Assembly: GCA_964489065.1 (NCBI GenBank)
Contig: CAZAXH010000008.1
Coordinates: 64,130 to 128,129, forward strand
Reading direction: 5' to 3'
Length of the DNA stretch: 64,000 nucleotides
Source: an uncultured Planctomycetales bacterium
GTDB lineage: Bacteria > Omnitrophota > Gorgyraeia > Zapsychrales > JANLHA01
Part shown: positions 16,762 to 27,029 of the stretch, one piece after another
Layout of the letters: every line of letters starts with the position of its first letter
Numbering within the stretch: the stretch's first letter is position 1
Made by a program: the position numbers and the translations under genes
Notes under the pieces: generated by a model
What the model saw: only the letters and a program-made list of their open reading frames with translations
Database searches by the model: none
What the model was told of the DNA's origin: nothing

Positions 16762-18114
16762 ATGTCTATGAAAACTTATTTCATAAGCGCGTCGACATTC
16801 TGCATGGAACGGATGCTGGACTGCCAGCAGGTTTCCGATTATCTCAAGTTGAACGGCTGGCGTCCGGTGACGCGGGTTCGGCAGGCCGGGCTGGTCATCA
16901 TAAGCACCTGCTCGTTCGGGCGCGAAGAGGACGCGAGCTCCCTGGATTATATCCGTTATTTTCTGCGGAAGAAATCGCCCCGGGCCCGTTTCCTGATTAT
17001 GGGGTGCCTTCCGGTGATCAACCCCGACTTATTATCTTCTTATCAGGATATTCCCGTGCTCACACCGACCACTTTATCCCGGATCGAAACCGTGGCCCCT
17101 CCGGAGAGGACCCGGTTCGCGGATGTCCCGGAACCCAATAAAATTTTGGCGACAGAAGTCACGCACAGTGTTTTTCTGAAAAAAGCGTTAAGTTTCCGTT
17201 CCGCGTTCAGGCAGGGCCTCCGGTGTTTTAAGCCTGATGTAGCGACGTTGCGGCGGGGGCTGTCCTTCCTGAAAGCCGCGGTGCGTTATGTCCCGGTTAT
17301 GAAGGCGCACATTAACCCGTTCTTATCCTGTAACCGGAACGGATTTTATTATTTGAGATTATCCAAGGGCTGCCTGGGGAACTGCAGTTACTGCGCTAAA
17401 AGACATTCGACAGGGACCTTGCAGAGCAAATCCACAACCTCTATCCTCGATGAATTCCGCGCCGGGCTCAGGGCCGGGGAAAAGCAGTTTTATTTATTGA
17501 CGGAAGACGTCGGCTGTTACGGGGCCGACCGGCACACAGATATCGTAGCCTTGTTGAAAAATCTTTTTGAAGCCGGGGAGAGGCATGATTTCCGGATTGT
17601 CCTGTCCAATTTCAATGCCCGGTGGTTCGTGCGGTATTATGAGGACCTGGAGCCGGTCTTGATCCGGAATCAGAACAAAATTTTGTATCTGCAAATACCG
17701 ATCCAGTCAGGCAGCACCCGCATCCTGGAATTCATGAACCGGCATTACACCATTGAAGACGTGGAATCCCGGCTCCTGACTTTAAGAAAGAACGCCCCGG
17801 CGGTCGCCTTCACGACCGATATCATCGCCGGATTCCCGGGGGAAACGGATGAGGATTTTGAACTCACCAAGAAGTTTTTGTCGAAAATACGTTTTCAGCA
17901 CGTTGATATTTTCGCTTACGAAAAACGCCCCGGCACTAAAGCGGGAACGCTTCCCGGGGACGTCCCCCCGGAGATCATCGAAGCCCGTGTCCTGCAGTTG
18001 GCCCGGCTTCAGAACAGCTATCACCGGGGCCCCATGCTTGCTAAAAAAGTGCTGGATGTTATCCGGGAAAACCTGCAGCGCTACCGGAATAAAGCCGTGA
18101 CCCGTACGCCATGA
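16762..18114 (+). CDS. MiaB/RimO-like methylthiotransferase-type radical SAM enzyme lacking a TRAM domain
   Basis: The N-terminal UPF0004-like domain has three spaced Cys (STFCMERMLDC.., IISTCSF, IMGCLP). The rSAM motif is SKGCLGNCSYCAKRH, and GFPGETDEDF is present. The C-terminus ends without a recognisable TRAM barrel. Confidence 0.75.
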   Translation: MSMKTYFISASTFCMERMLDCQQVSDYLKLNGWRPVTRVRQAGLVIISTCSFGREEDASSLDYIRYFLRKKSPRARFLIMGCLPVINPDLLSSYQDIPVLTPTTLSRIETVAPPERTRFADVPEPNKILATEVTHSVFLKKALSFRSAFRQGLRCFKPDVATLRRGLSFLKAAVRYVPVMKAHINPFLSCNRNGFYYLRLSKGCLGNCSYCAKRHSTGTLQSKSTTSILDEFRAGLRAGEKQFYLLTEDVGCYGADRHTDIVALLKNLFEAGERHDFRIVLSNFNARWFVRYYEDLEPVLIRNQNKILYLQIPIQSGSTRILEFMNRHYTIEDVESRLLTLRKNAPAVAFTTDIIAGFPGETDEDFELTKKFLSKIRFQHVDIFAYEKRPGTKAGTLPGDVPPEIIEARVLQLARLQNSYHRGPMLAKKVLDVIRENLQRYRNKAVTRTP

Positions 18115-19625
18115 CAAAACAAGGCCTGAGAATTGCTTTTGTGAATGATTCCTGCGAGCATTTGGGGGTTGAATATATCTCCGCCGTGCTGAAATCCGCA
18201 GGGCATGATACCCGTCTATTCGTTGACCCGCTTTTGTTTGATGATGAATTTATCACCGTTAAGGGGCTCAGCCGCCGCTTTGATTACACTAAGAAGATTA
18301 TCCGGGACCTCAGGGCTTATCAGCCGGATCTGGTCAGCCTGTCGGTGGTCTCAAGCTTCTATCCCTGGGCCGGCCGGATGGCCCGGGCTATAAAGGCGGA
18401 GATGGACGTCCCCGTTATCATGGGCGGTATTCATCCGACATCCGTTCCCGAAAGTGTCATCCAGAACGACGCCGTGGATATGGTCTGCCTGGGGGAAGGG
18501 GAATACCCCCTGCTGGAACTTGCCGACAGTATGGCCCGGGGAAGTATCGACGACACCGTAAAAAACATCTGGTTTAAAAAGAACGGGAAGATCCTGCGCA
18601 ACCCTTTGCGGCCGCTTATCGACGATTTAGATGCCCTCCCGTTTCCCGATAAAGACCTTTATTATTCCGTCAGCCCGCATTTTTCAAAAAGTTATTATAT
18701 CGCGACCAGCAGAGGCTGCCCCAACGCCTGCAGTTATTGCTGTAATTCTTACCTGCATTCTTTGTACAAGGGCCTGGGCGCGCCGCGGCGGTCGCGCAGC
18801 GTCCGGAATGTCATTGAAGAATTAATGTGGGCCCAAAACCGTTACCGGATCGATCCGGTTTTCTTCCTGGATGACTGTTTCGGGACCGATTTGGGATGGT
18901 TAAAAAAATTCGCGACGGAGTACCGAGAAAAAGTCGGCGTTAAGTTTTACTGCATGATGTTCCCCGCACCCCAGATGGAAGAGGCGGTTGAATATCTCGC
19001 GCAGGCCGGCTGCGGGGAAATCGAGATCGGCGTCCAGTCCTGGGATGAAGATGTCAGGCGCCGGATATTCAACCGGCGCGTTTCGAACGACACGATGATC
19101 CGGACGATGAAATTGATCAGGAAGGCGGGGATCAATCTCGTGACAGGCGATATCCTCGGTTATCCCGGGCAGAAAGAGGAGCATATTTTAAAAACCGCGG
19201 AGATTTACACAGACATAAAACCCAGCCGGACGTACGCTTTTATCCTGAAATATTTTCCCAAAACGGAGATCACGGAACAGGCGCTGCAGAACGGATGTCT
19301 GAGTCCGGCGGATCACGAAAAAATATTGGACGGCCATTACGGCAAATACTTATCGAAAGACGGCTCCATGACAGAGAGGGATGTCATGCAATATCTGCTT
19401 CTATTTTTGCTGGTGCGTATTTTACCGGTCTCTTGGGCCAAGACAGTAATCCGGAAAAAATTTTATAAGCGTTTCCCGGTTTTGTTCACGCCGGCCGTGA
19501 TTTCAATCCTGAATAATTTTTCGACATCCACCTTTGAATCGCAGGTCAACCGGAAAAGCGCCCTGGCACGGTACACTTTTTTCATTAAACGATTGTTTTC
19601 TAAATCCAAAGCAGGTGCGCGATGA
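18111..19625 (+). CDS. B12-binding (class B) radical SAM enzyme, array paralog 2
   Basis: It has LRIAFVNDSCEHLGVEYISAVLKSAGH, GGIHPTSVPE, CLGEGE and SRGCPNACSYC. The ATGA overlap with the upstream gene is at 18111/18114. Confidence 0.9.
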   Translation: MTKQGLRIAFVNDSCEHLGVEYISAVLKSAGHDTRLFVDPLLFDDEFITVKGLSRRFDYTKKIIRDLRAYQPDLVSLSVVSSFYPWAGRMARAIKAEMDVPVIMGGIHPTSVPESVIQNDAVDMVCLGEGEYPLLELADSMARGSIDDTVKNIWFKKNGKILRNPLRPLIDDLDALPFPDKDLYYSVSPHFSKSYYIATSRGCPNACSYCCNSYLHSLYKGLGAPRRSRSVRNVIEELMWAQNRYRIDPVFFLDDCFGTDLGWLKKFATEYREKVGVKFYCMMFPAPQMEEAVEYLAQAGCGEIEIGVQSWDEDVRRRIFNRRVSNDTMIRTMKLIRKAGINLVTGDILGYPGQKEEHILKTAEIYTDIKPSRTYAFILKYFPKTEITEQALQNGCLSPADHEKILDGHYGKYLSKDGSMTERDVMQYLLLFLLVRILPVSWAKTVIRKKFYKRFPVLFTPAVISILNNFSTSTFESQVNRKSALARYTFFIKRLFSKSKAGAR

Positions 19626-21136
19626 AAATCGCTTTTGTCAACGATTCATCCCAGCAGCTGGGTATACAATATATTTCGGCCGTCCTTAAACAGCACGGCC
19701 ATGACGTGAAGCTGTTCATGGACCCCCAGTTATTCGATGACGATGTGATCCGGGTCCCCCGATTGAGCCGGTGGCTTGATTCCAAGAAAGAGCTTGTCCG
19801 GCGTCTGAAAGCCTATCAGCCCGACTTGGTCGGGATCTCCGTGGTGACGGATTTTTACCAGTGGGCCCGCCGGATCGCCACGATGATCAAGGAAGAAATG
19901 GATGTCCCGATTATCGCCGGCGGAATCCACCCGACATCCGTTCCCGAGAGAGTGCTGAAAAACGATTGTTTTGACATGGTGTGTCTGGGAGAAGGGGAGT
20001 TTGCTTTGTCGGAACTGGCCGACAATATGCAGAAGGGAACGCCTGACTACACGATCCGTAATATCTGGTTCAAACGGGACGGCCAAATCATAAAAAATGA
20101 ACTCCGGCCGCTTATCGATGACCTGGACGACCTGCCCTTTCCGGATACGGACTTGTATTATTCCGCCAGTCCTCATTTTAAAAGGACCGGCCTGTACGTT
20201 ACCATGACTTCTCGCGGCTGTCCGAACGCCTGCACGTACTGCTGTTTTTCTTACCTGCAGGGGCTTTACAAAGGGAAAGGGAAAAGGATCCGGCAGCGCA
20301 GCGTCGGCAATGTCATGAGTGAATTGCGGACCAACAAGGAAAAATACAACATCAAGTTCGTCGCGTTTATGGACAATTGTTTCGGGTATGATTCGAAATG
20401 GTTGCGGGAATTTGCGCCCGTTTATCAGGCGGAGATCGGGATTAAATTCTGGTGCATCATGCATCCCAAGGATGTCACGGAAGAAACCCTGAAGCATTTG
20501 AAGCGGGCCGGGTGCCACACGATTGACATGGGGGTGCAGTCGTGGAACGAGCGCATCCGCAAGGAGGTCCTGCACCGGGATGTCGGGAATGACACGATGG
20601 CCCGCGCGATCCTCCTGGTCAAGAATGCGGGGATCGAAATCATGACCGACAGCATTTTCGACCTTCCCGGGCAAACGGAAGACGACATCCTGGAAAGTGC
20701 CCGCCGTTATGCGGAAATCCGGCCCAAGCGGATATATTTTTACATGCTCCGGCATTACCCCAACACCCTGATTACCCGGATGGCGAAGGAGGATAATCTT
20801 CTGACCTCATCCCGGTATGAAGAAGTGATGGACGGGGTGAACGTCACGTCTTTCACCATCGGAGGCGACAAGGTCAATAAAGACATGATCCGGTTTCAGA
20901 TCCTGTTTTATCTGATCGATTTGATCCCCAAACGGATGAGCTTGTTTATCATCCGCAGGAGACTGCACCGGTATTTCCCTCTCATGTTCGGCCCCGCCAT
21001 GATCGTGATCCTGCGTAATTTGCTGGCCTTTGACATGAACGCCCGGCTTCAGCGCGCCTGGGCCTTTAACCGTTACGCGCATTTTATCTGGGAGAAAATC
21101 CGTCCCGTCCGAAAATGCCGGGGACATCAGCCATGA
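19622..21136 (+). CDS. B12-binding (class B) radical SAM enzyme, array paralog 3
   Basis: It has MKIAFVNDSSQQLGIQYISAVLKQHGH, GGIHPTSVPE, CLGEGE and SRGCPNACTYC. The ATGA overlap is at 19622/19625. Confidence 0.9.
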   Translation: MKIAFVNDSSQQLGIQYISAVLKQHGHDVKLFMDPQLFDDDVIRVPRLSRWLDSKKELVRRLKAYQPDLVGISVVTDFYQWARRIATMIKEEMDVPIIAGGIHPTSVPERVLKNDCFDMVCLGEGEFALSELADNMQKGTPDYTIRNIWFKRDGQIIKNELRPLIDDLDDLPFPDTDLYYSASPHFKRTGLYVTMTSRGCPNACTYCCFSYLQGLYKGKGKRIRQRSVGNVMSELRTNKEKYNIKFVAFMDNCFGYDSKWLREFAPVYQAEIGIKFWCIMHPKDVTEETLKHLKRAGCHTIDMGVQSWNERIRKEVLHRDVGNDTMARAILLVKNAGIEIMTDSIFDLPGQTEDDILESARRYAEIRPKRIYFYMLRHYPNTLITRMAKEDNLLTSSRYEEVMDGVNVTSFTIGGDKVNKDMIRFQILFYLIDLIPKRMSLFIIRRRLHRYFPLMFGPAMIVILRNLLAFDMNARLQRAWAFNRYAHFIWEKIRPVRKCRGHQP

Positions 21137-22653
21137 AGATCGCGTTTGTCAATGATTGCGTCGAGAGGCTGGGGGTTGAATATATTTCGGCGCTCCTGAA
21201 GGGGCAGGGGCATCAGGTGAAACTTTTTGTCGATCCCCAGCTTTTTAATAACGTGTATGTGCAGATCAACCGCCTGAGCCGGTATTTTGATTACACGGAA
21301 AGAATTATTCGCGGTCTCATGGAATATCAGCCGGACCTGATCGGATTCTCCGTGGACACGGAATCCTATCAATGGGCTTCCCGTCTGGCGCGGCGCATTA
21401 AGGAGCGCATGGAAACTCCCATTATTTTCGGCGGGATCCATCCGACATCCGTGCCGGAGCGGGTTATTTTAAATGAAGCCGTGGATATCCTTTGCGTCGG
21501 GGAGGGGGAACACCCCATGCTGGAACTGGTCAACAGCATGGCCCGGGGCGGCGTGGACACGGCAATAAAGAATTTGTGGTTTAAAACGAACGGCAGGATT
21601 ATCACAAATCCCTTAAGGCCTCTTTTGGCCGACCTGGACAGACTCCCGGTCGCCGATCACGGCCTTTTTTATGACACTTACCCCTATTTCCGCAAAGGGT
21701 ACAGCACGATCGCTTCGCGCGGCTGCCCTTACGCCTGCAGCTACTGCGGGCACGCGTATCTGCGGCAATTGTATCAAAACAACGGGGCCTATTTCCGTCA
21801 CCGCAGTGTCGAAAATCTGCTGGATGAATTAGCGCTGCGCCTGACGCAGTATAAAATCGATATCATCACTTTCTTTGACGACAATTTCGGTTTTGAACCG
21901 GAGTGGCTGGAGAAATTTTCCGTCCGGTACGCCAGGGATATCAGAAGACCGTTTACCGTGACCGCCCGCCCGGAAATGATTTCCCGTGATTATGTCCGCC
22001 TCTTGAAACAGGCCGGATGCTGCTCCGTGACCCTGGGCGTTCAAACCTGGGATGATGCCGTTCGAAAAGAGTGGTTTAACCGGGATGTGAACCCGGAGGT
22101 GATGCTGAAGGCCATGCGGCTCGTCAAGGAAGCGGGCCTGGAATTGATCTGTGATAACATATTCGGGGTTCCCGTTGAAAACGATGAGGGGTATATGCGG
22201 GCGTTGCTGCCCTATGCCGATATTAAACCCGACCGGATCCTGTTTAATCAGCTGAAATATTTCCCGCGCGTGCCGATCACGGAAAAGGCCCGTGAAGGAA
22301 ATTTCATATCGGAGCAGCGGTATGACGCCATTATGGACGGCCGGGACCAGAAAGGAATTTTCCTGGGGCCGTCTGCCGCGAGCCGTGGGGACCGTAGACA
22401 GCTGATCCGGAAAAAACTTTTTTTATATTCATTGGATTGGTTGCCAAAAACATGGGCGCGGTTTATTATTAATAAGCGTCTTTACCGTTATTTCCCGACT
22501 TTCATTAACCCGGCGGTTCTTCCGGTTTTGCGGACGTTTTTTTCGTCCGACACGGACACGCGATATTTTAAACGCCGGACTTTATCACGCTACTGGTATC
22601 ATTTGACCCCACGCCTGCGGGGTCGGAGGAGACACGATGAGCCCACAAACTGA
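21133..22653 (+). CDS. B12-binding (class B) radical SAM enzyme, array paralog 4
   Basis: The ATG at 21133 (ATGA overlap with the stop at 21136) gives MKIAFVNDCVERLGVEYISALLKGQGH. It has GGIHPTSVPE, CVGEGE and SRGCPYACSYC. The track start at 21115 is probably too early. Confidence 0.9.
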   Translation: MKIAFVNDCVERLGVEYISALLKGQGHQVKLFVDPQLFNNVYVQINRLSRYFDYTERIIRGLMEYQPDLIGFSVDTESYQWASRLARRIKERMETPIIFGGIHPTSVPERVILNEAVDILCVGEGEHPMLELVNSMARGGVDTAIKNLWFKTNGRIITNPLRPLLADLDRLPVADHGLFYDTYPYFRKGYSTIASRGCPYACSYCGHAYLRQLYQNNGAYFRHRSVENLLDELALRLTQYKIDIITFFDDNFGFEPEWLEKFSVRYARDIRRPFTVTARPEMISRDYVRLLKQAGCCSVTLGVQTWDDAVRKEWFNRDVNPEVMLKAMRLVKEAGLELICDNIFGVPVENDEGYMRALLPYADIKPDRILFNQLKYFPRVPITEKAREGNFISEQRYDAIMDGRDQKGIFLGPSAASRGDRRQLIRKKLFLYSLDWLPKTWARFIINKRLYRYFPTFINPAVLPVLRTFFSSDTDTRYFKRRTLSRYWYHLTPRLRGRRRHDEPTN

Positions 22654-23980
22654 AACCCTTGTCCGCGAAACCACCAGCCTTTGCCCGGTGTGCCAAAAGC
22701 AGATTAAGGCGGCCGTTGTGGAGTCCGGGGACGGGATTTTTCTTTCCAAAAACTGCGATGTGCACGGGCCGTTTAAACTCAGGGTTTCGCGCCACGCTTG
22801 GTATTATAAAAACCTGACGGAGTATTATTTCCGCGTCATGCCGGCTGATATGCCCCAGAAACGTTTTTATATTTATTTAAGCAACCGCTGCAACCTTGAT
22901 TGCCCGATTTGCCTGCTGGAACCGAACCAGGATAAAGCGGCCGATGTCTCCCTGGACCAGTTTAAAAAGCTGATCCGCGATAACTCCGGTTTCCGTTATT
23001 ACCTTTACGGCGCGGAACCGACCCTGCGCGATGATCTCCCGGAATGGATCGCCCTTCTGAAAAAACACGGCAACCTGGTTAATATTCACACCAACGGCAT
23101 TAAACTTGATGATATCGCCTATCTCCGGTTCTTAAGAGACGCCGGGCTTGATTATGTGAGCCTGCAGTTTGACGGCTTCGACGATCAGGTCTATCTGGCG
23201 CTCCGGAACCGCACATTGCTGGATTCGAAGCTGAAAGCCCTGGAGAATCTTGAAAAGCTGGATATTCCGACGGGGCTCAATGTCACTATCGCCAAGGGCC
23301 TGAATGAGAAGGAAATAAACCCTATTATAGACTACGCTGTCGGTAAACCCTTTATCCGGGACGTGAGTTTCGCTTCGGTGTCTTTCCTGGGGAACGCGGA
23401 AAGGAATTTTTCTTCCGCGGACCTGCTGATGCCGGATGACGTGGTGGACCTGGTTGAAAACGCCACAAAAGGCAAAGTGAACCGCCGCAGTCTCTTCTTA
23501 TTTCAGAAATTGTATTATGCCGTGTTGTCTATTTTTAACATCCGCCGGTGCTATAATTTTCATCAGCTCGCTTTGGTCCGGGACGGACGGGGGGGATACC
23601 GATCCTTTGACGCGATCTATGACCTGGCGGGGTTTGAAAAAAAGATGGACCGGTTCAGCCATCTGGCGCCCCGGAATAAAACCCTGGCGGCGGGATATTT
23701 CTTCCTGCAGTTTATCATGAACATGCTGTCGGGCGACGTGAAGGAAAAGGTCCAGATCCTGCCGCTCAACATGCTCCTGCCGGGGCAGAAACGGAACGTG
23801 AAAATCCCGTCCAAGATCCTGCTCGTCAGCTTCGGGACGGTCTGCGATAAATATAAATACGATGCGGGGATTTCCCGGTACTGCGGGCAGGGGTTTGTTT
23901 TCAACCGGGATGGAAGCCTGGCGCTATCGGATTCCGTTTCGGACATGACGCTTTTAAAAAAGGGTGAGGCCTGCGGTTGA
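22637..23980 (+). CDS. Radical SAM protein with an N-terminal zinc-ribbon knuckle (subtype B)
   Basis: It has SLCPVCQ-x19-CDVHG, NRCNLDCPICLL, FQKLYYAVLSIFNIRRCYNF, VCDKYKYDAGISRYCGQGFV. Its closest relative in the window is the C-terminal module of 12428..15184. Confidence 0.85.
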   Translation: MSPQTETLVRETTSLCPVCQKQIKAAVVESGDGIFLSKNCDVHGPFKLRVSRHAWYYKNLTEYYFRVMPADMPQKRFYIYLSNRCNLDCPICLLEPNQDKAADVSLDQFKKLIRDNSGFRYYLYGAEPTLRDDLPEWIALLKKHGNLVNIHTNGIKLDDIAYLRFLRDAGLDYVSLQFDGFDDQVYLALRNRTLLDSKLKALENLEKLDIPTGLNVTIAKGLNEKEINPIIDYAVGKPFIRDVSFASVSFLGNAERNFSSADLLMPDDVVDLVENATKGKVNRRSLFLFQKLYYAVLSIFNIRRCYNFHQLALVRDGRGGYRSFDAIYDLAGFEKKMDRFSHLAPRNKTLAAGYFFLQFIMNMLSGDVKEKVQILPLNMLLPGQKRNVKIPSKILLVSFGTVCDKYKYDAGISRYCGQGFVFNRDGSLALSDSVSDMTLLKKGEACG

Positions 23981-24013
23981 ACCAGGGGGATGAAGGTCGG
24001 CAAGGATAAGGTT

Positions 24014-25540
24014 ATGAAAATCGCGTTTATCAATGAAGCGGATCAGCATATAGGCCTTCAGTACCTCACGGCGGTGCTGAAGGAGAACGGGCATGAGGTG
24101 AGGACATTTTCCGATCCGCGTTTATTCGATGACCTCTACATCACGATCCGGAGGCTCAACCGGATTTTTGATTTCCAGGACGACATCCTTAAGGACATCG
24201 CCGAATTTAATCCGGGATTGATCGGGTTTTCAGTATCCAGCCCGATCTATCGATGGGCCTGCGCTTTGGCCGCCAAGATAAAAGAACGCAGGGATATCCC
24301 CATTATTTTCGGCGGAGTTCACGCCACGGCCGTGCCGGAACGCGTGATTCGGAAAAGTTTCATAGATATGGTTTGTGTCGGGGAAGGGGAGTTCCCTATG
24401 CTGGAACTGGCCAACAGCATGGACCGCGGGCAGCCGGATTATTCCATTAAAAATATATGGTTTAAAACCCCACAGGGAGAAATTATCCGGAACGATATCC
24501 GTCCCCTACTTGATGACCTGGACGTTCTGCCTTTCCCGGATCAGGACCTGTTTTATTCCAGCAGTTCCTGTGACACCCGAAGCTACGTAACCATGATCTC
24601 CCGGGGCTGCCCGCACGGCTGCAGTTACTGCACCATGTCTTATCTGCACGATCTTTACCACGGGAAAGGGAAACGGATCCGGCTGCGCAGCGTCCGAAGC
24701 ATTATCGCCGAAATCACCGGGGTCCTGCAGAAGCACAAAGATATCAAAAGGGTCATGTTCCCGGACAACTGCTTCGGGACGGATATCGCCTGGCTGCGGG
24801 AATTCTCCCGTGAGTATTCGCAGAAAGTCGCCAGAGATTTTTTTTGCGTGATGCATCCCGCATCCGTCACTGAAGAATCCGTCGCGTGTCTCAAGGAGGC
24901 GGGATGCCGGTCCATCTCCCTGGGAATTCAGGCCTGGGACGCCCCGCTGCGTTACACCATGCTTAACCGCAAAGTTTCCAATGAGGTCATGGAAAACGCC
25001 CTGCGGCTTATCCTGGAGGCCAGGATTGAGCTCTTAATCGATAACCTGTTTGATTTTCCGGGGTACAGCATGGAGCATTATATTGAATCCCTGGAAGTTT
25101 ACACGCGGTATAAGCCGACGCGGAATTATTTTTATAAGCTGCATTTTTATCCGCACACCCAAATGAGCCAGATTGCCGTTCAGAATCGCTGGATCACGGC
25201 CGCGGAATACGAAGATTGCTTGGAAGGAGGGGACACCCTGGGGATTCTGCGTTATGATGCGTCACACGACGGCAATCGGACCCGGCAGCAGGACCGTGAA
25301 TCGAGACAGGGGCAAATTTTGTTTGTTTTGATGGACCTGATCCCCGCCCGCTGGACCCGGGCCATCATTCAAAAGAAATGGTACCGGTATTTTCCGTCTT
25401 TTCTGAACCCGGCTTTACTAACGATGCTCCGGACCCTGCTGGCCAACGATTTTGAATCACGTTACTTTAAGGACATAACATTCTGGCGGTATCGCCATTT
25501 TATGATGAAAAAATTGAAAGCATATTTTAAAAGAAAATGA
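24014..25540 (+). CDS. B12-binding (class B) radical SAM enzyme, array paralog 5
   Basis: The ATG at 24014 is preceded by AAGGA with a 7-nt spacer and gives MKIAFINEADQHIGLQYLTAVLKENGH. It has GGVHATAVPE, CVGEGE and SRGCPHGCSYC. The track start at 23990 is possible but less consistent with the paralogs. Confidence 0.88.
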   Translation: MKIAFINEADQHIGLQYLTAVLKENGHEVRTFSDPRLFDDLYITIRRLNRIFDFQDDILKDIAEFNPGLIGFSVSSPIYRWACALAAKIKERRDIPIIFGGVHATAVPERVIRKSFIDMVCVGEGEFPMLELANSMDRGQPDYSIKNIWFKTPQGEIIRNDIRPLLDDLDVLPFPDQDLFYSSSSCDTRSYVTMISRGCPHGCSYCTMSYLHDLYHGKGKRIRLRSVRSIIAEITGVLQKHKDIKRVMFPDNCFGTDIAWLREFSREYSQKVARDFFCVMHPASVTEESVACLKEAGCRSISLGIQAWDAPLRYTMLNRKVSNEVMENALRLILEARIELLIDNLFDFPGYSMEHYIESLEVYTRYKPTRNYFYKLHFYPHTQMSQIAVQNRWITAAEYEDCLEGGDTLGILRYDASHDGNRTRQQDRESRQGQILFVLMDLIPARWTRAIIQKKWYRYFPSFLNPALLTMLRTLLANDFESRYFKDITFWRYRHFMMKKLKAYFKRK

Positions 25541-27012
25541 AAATCGCTTTTGTAAATGATTCCTGTGAACGTCTGGGTGTCGGTTATATCGCGTCCTTGT
25601 TGCGGTCGCGCGGGCATGACGTGCGGCTTTTTGTCGACCCGCAGTATTTTAATGATGAAAATATCAGTATCCGCTGGCTTCACGCCCGGTTTGATTATAA
25701 AAAGACAATCGTTCCGGCGCTAAAGGCTTTTACGCCCGACCTGATCGGCTTTTCCGTGGTTTCGGATTTTTATCCATGGGCTTGCCAGATGGCCGAACTG
25801 ATCAAGAAAGAACTGCCGGTTCCGATTATTTTCGGCGGGATCCACCCCACGTCCGTTCCGGACCGGGTCATTAAGAATGATTGCGTTGATATGGTCTGCG
25901 TGGGGGAAGGGGAATACCCTATGCTGGAGCTTGTGCAGAGCATGAGTTCCGGGAGGCCGGATTATTCCATAAAGAACATCTGGTTTAAAAAGAACGGGGA
26001 GATCATCAGGAACGAACAGCGTGATTTAATCGCCGACCTCAATGTCCTGCCGTTCCCGGCCAAAGACCTGTTTTATTCCGTGAGCCCGCATTTGGCTCAA
26101 TGTTATTACATTATGGCCAGCCGGGGCTGCATGTATTCCTGCAGCTACTGCTGTCATTCTATTTTAAGACAGCGCTGTAAGGGCAAAGGGGCCTACTTCC
26201 GGCAACGGCGGGTCGGGCATGTCATGGATGAACTCAAAGCCGCCAAAGAGCGGTATAAAATACGGTATGTGCGCTTTTTTGATGATAGCCTGGGTTCCAA
26301 CATGACCTGGCTTAAAGAGTTTTCTGAAAAGTATCCCCGGGAAGTCGGTCTGCCTTTTATATGCTACATGTATCCCAGTCACGTGTCCGCGGAGACGGCC
26401 CGCCTGCTGAAAACCGCGGGCTGCTGCGAGGTGGAAATCGGCGTTCAGAGTCTCAATGAAGATTTGAGCCGCAGCGTTTTGAACCGGAACATGTCCGTGG
26501 AGACGATCGCCAACGCCATCGACCTGTTAAAAAAGGAAAAGATCCGGCTTGTCGCGGACAATATCGTGGGCCTTCCCGGACAGGAAGAAGCGGATATCGT
26601 CCGCATGGCCGAATTTTACAACCAGCGCCGGGTCAACCGGATATATTTTTTCTGGCTGCGTTATTACCCCGGGACACAGATCACGGAATACGCGAAAAAA
26701 CACGGATTTTTAAGCGCCGAAGAATACGAGCTTATCATGGAAGGCGCGCCGAGCCGGCCCTTTTCAAGGGGGGGGAACACCATGAACGCGGAATGGATGG
26801 GGCTGCAGTTTTTATGTTTGCTTATTCCGCTTTTGCCGCCCCGTGTTATAAACTGGATTATAAGAAAACGGATATACCATTATTTCAGCAAGATTAAATC
26901 ACCGGGCATTTTCGCCGCCTTAACCAGCTTATTTTCAACCGCCTATAATGATAAACTTCTTATCAGGCGGGAATTCGCCCGTTACAGCCGCCTTTTTAAA
27001 GGCGCGCATTAA
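25537..27012 (+). CDS. B12-binding (class B) radical SAM enzyme, array paralog 6
   Basis: It has MKIAFVNDSCERLGVGYIASLLRSRGH, GGIHPTSVPD, CVGEGE and SRGCMYSCSYC. The ATGA overlap is at 25537/25540. Confidence 0.9.
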   Translation: MKIAFVNDSCERLGVGYIASLLRSRGHDVRLFVDPQYFNDENISIRWLHARFDYKKTIVPALKAFTPDLIGFSVVSDFYPWACQMAELIKKELPVPIIFGGIHPTSVPDRVIKNDCVDMVCVGEGEYPMLELVQSMSSGRPDYSIKNIWFKKNGEIIRNEQRDLIADLNVLPFPAKDLFYSVSPHLAQCYYIMASRGCMYSCSYCCHSILRQRCKGKGAYFRQRRVGHVMDELKAAKERYKIRYVRFFDDSLGSNMTWLKEFSEKYPREVGLPFICYMYPSHVSAETARLLKTAGCCEVEIGVQSLNEDLSRSVLNRNMSVETIANAIDLLKKEKIRLVADNIVGLPGQEEADIVRMAEFYNQRRVNRIYFFWLRYYPGTQITEYAKKHGFLSAEEYELIMEGAPSRPFSRGGNTMNAEWMGLQFLCLLIPLLPPRVINWIIRKRIYHYFSKIKSPGIFAALTSLFSTAYNDKLLIRREFARYSRLFKGAH

Positions 27013-27029
27013 CCGCGGAAAGGATTAAC

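Noticed and set aside
19730-20755. These are long antisense ORFs inside confident genes: 341 aa at 19730..20755, and also 10159..10857, 13589..14230, 15243..15743, 31672..32659 and 55949..56518.
   Set aside because: They are Pro/Arg/Gly-rich, low-complexity translations with no recognisable motifs. Each is completely shadowed by a sense gene with strong family signatures, which is typical of stop-codon-poor antisense frames.
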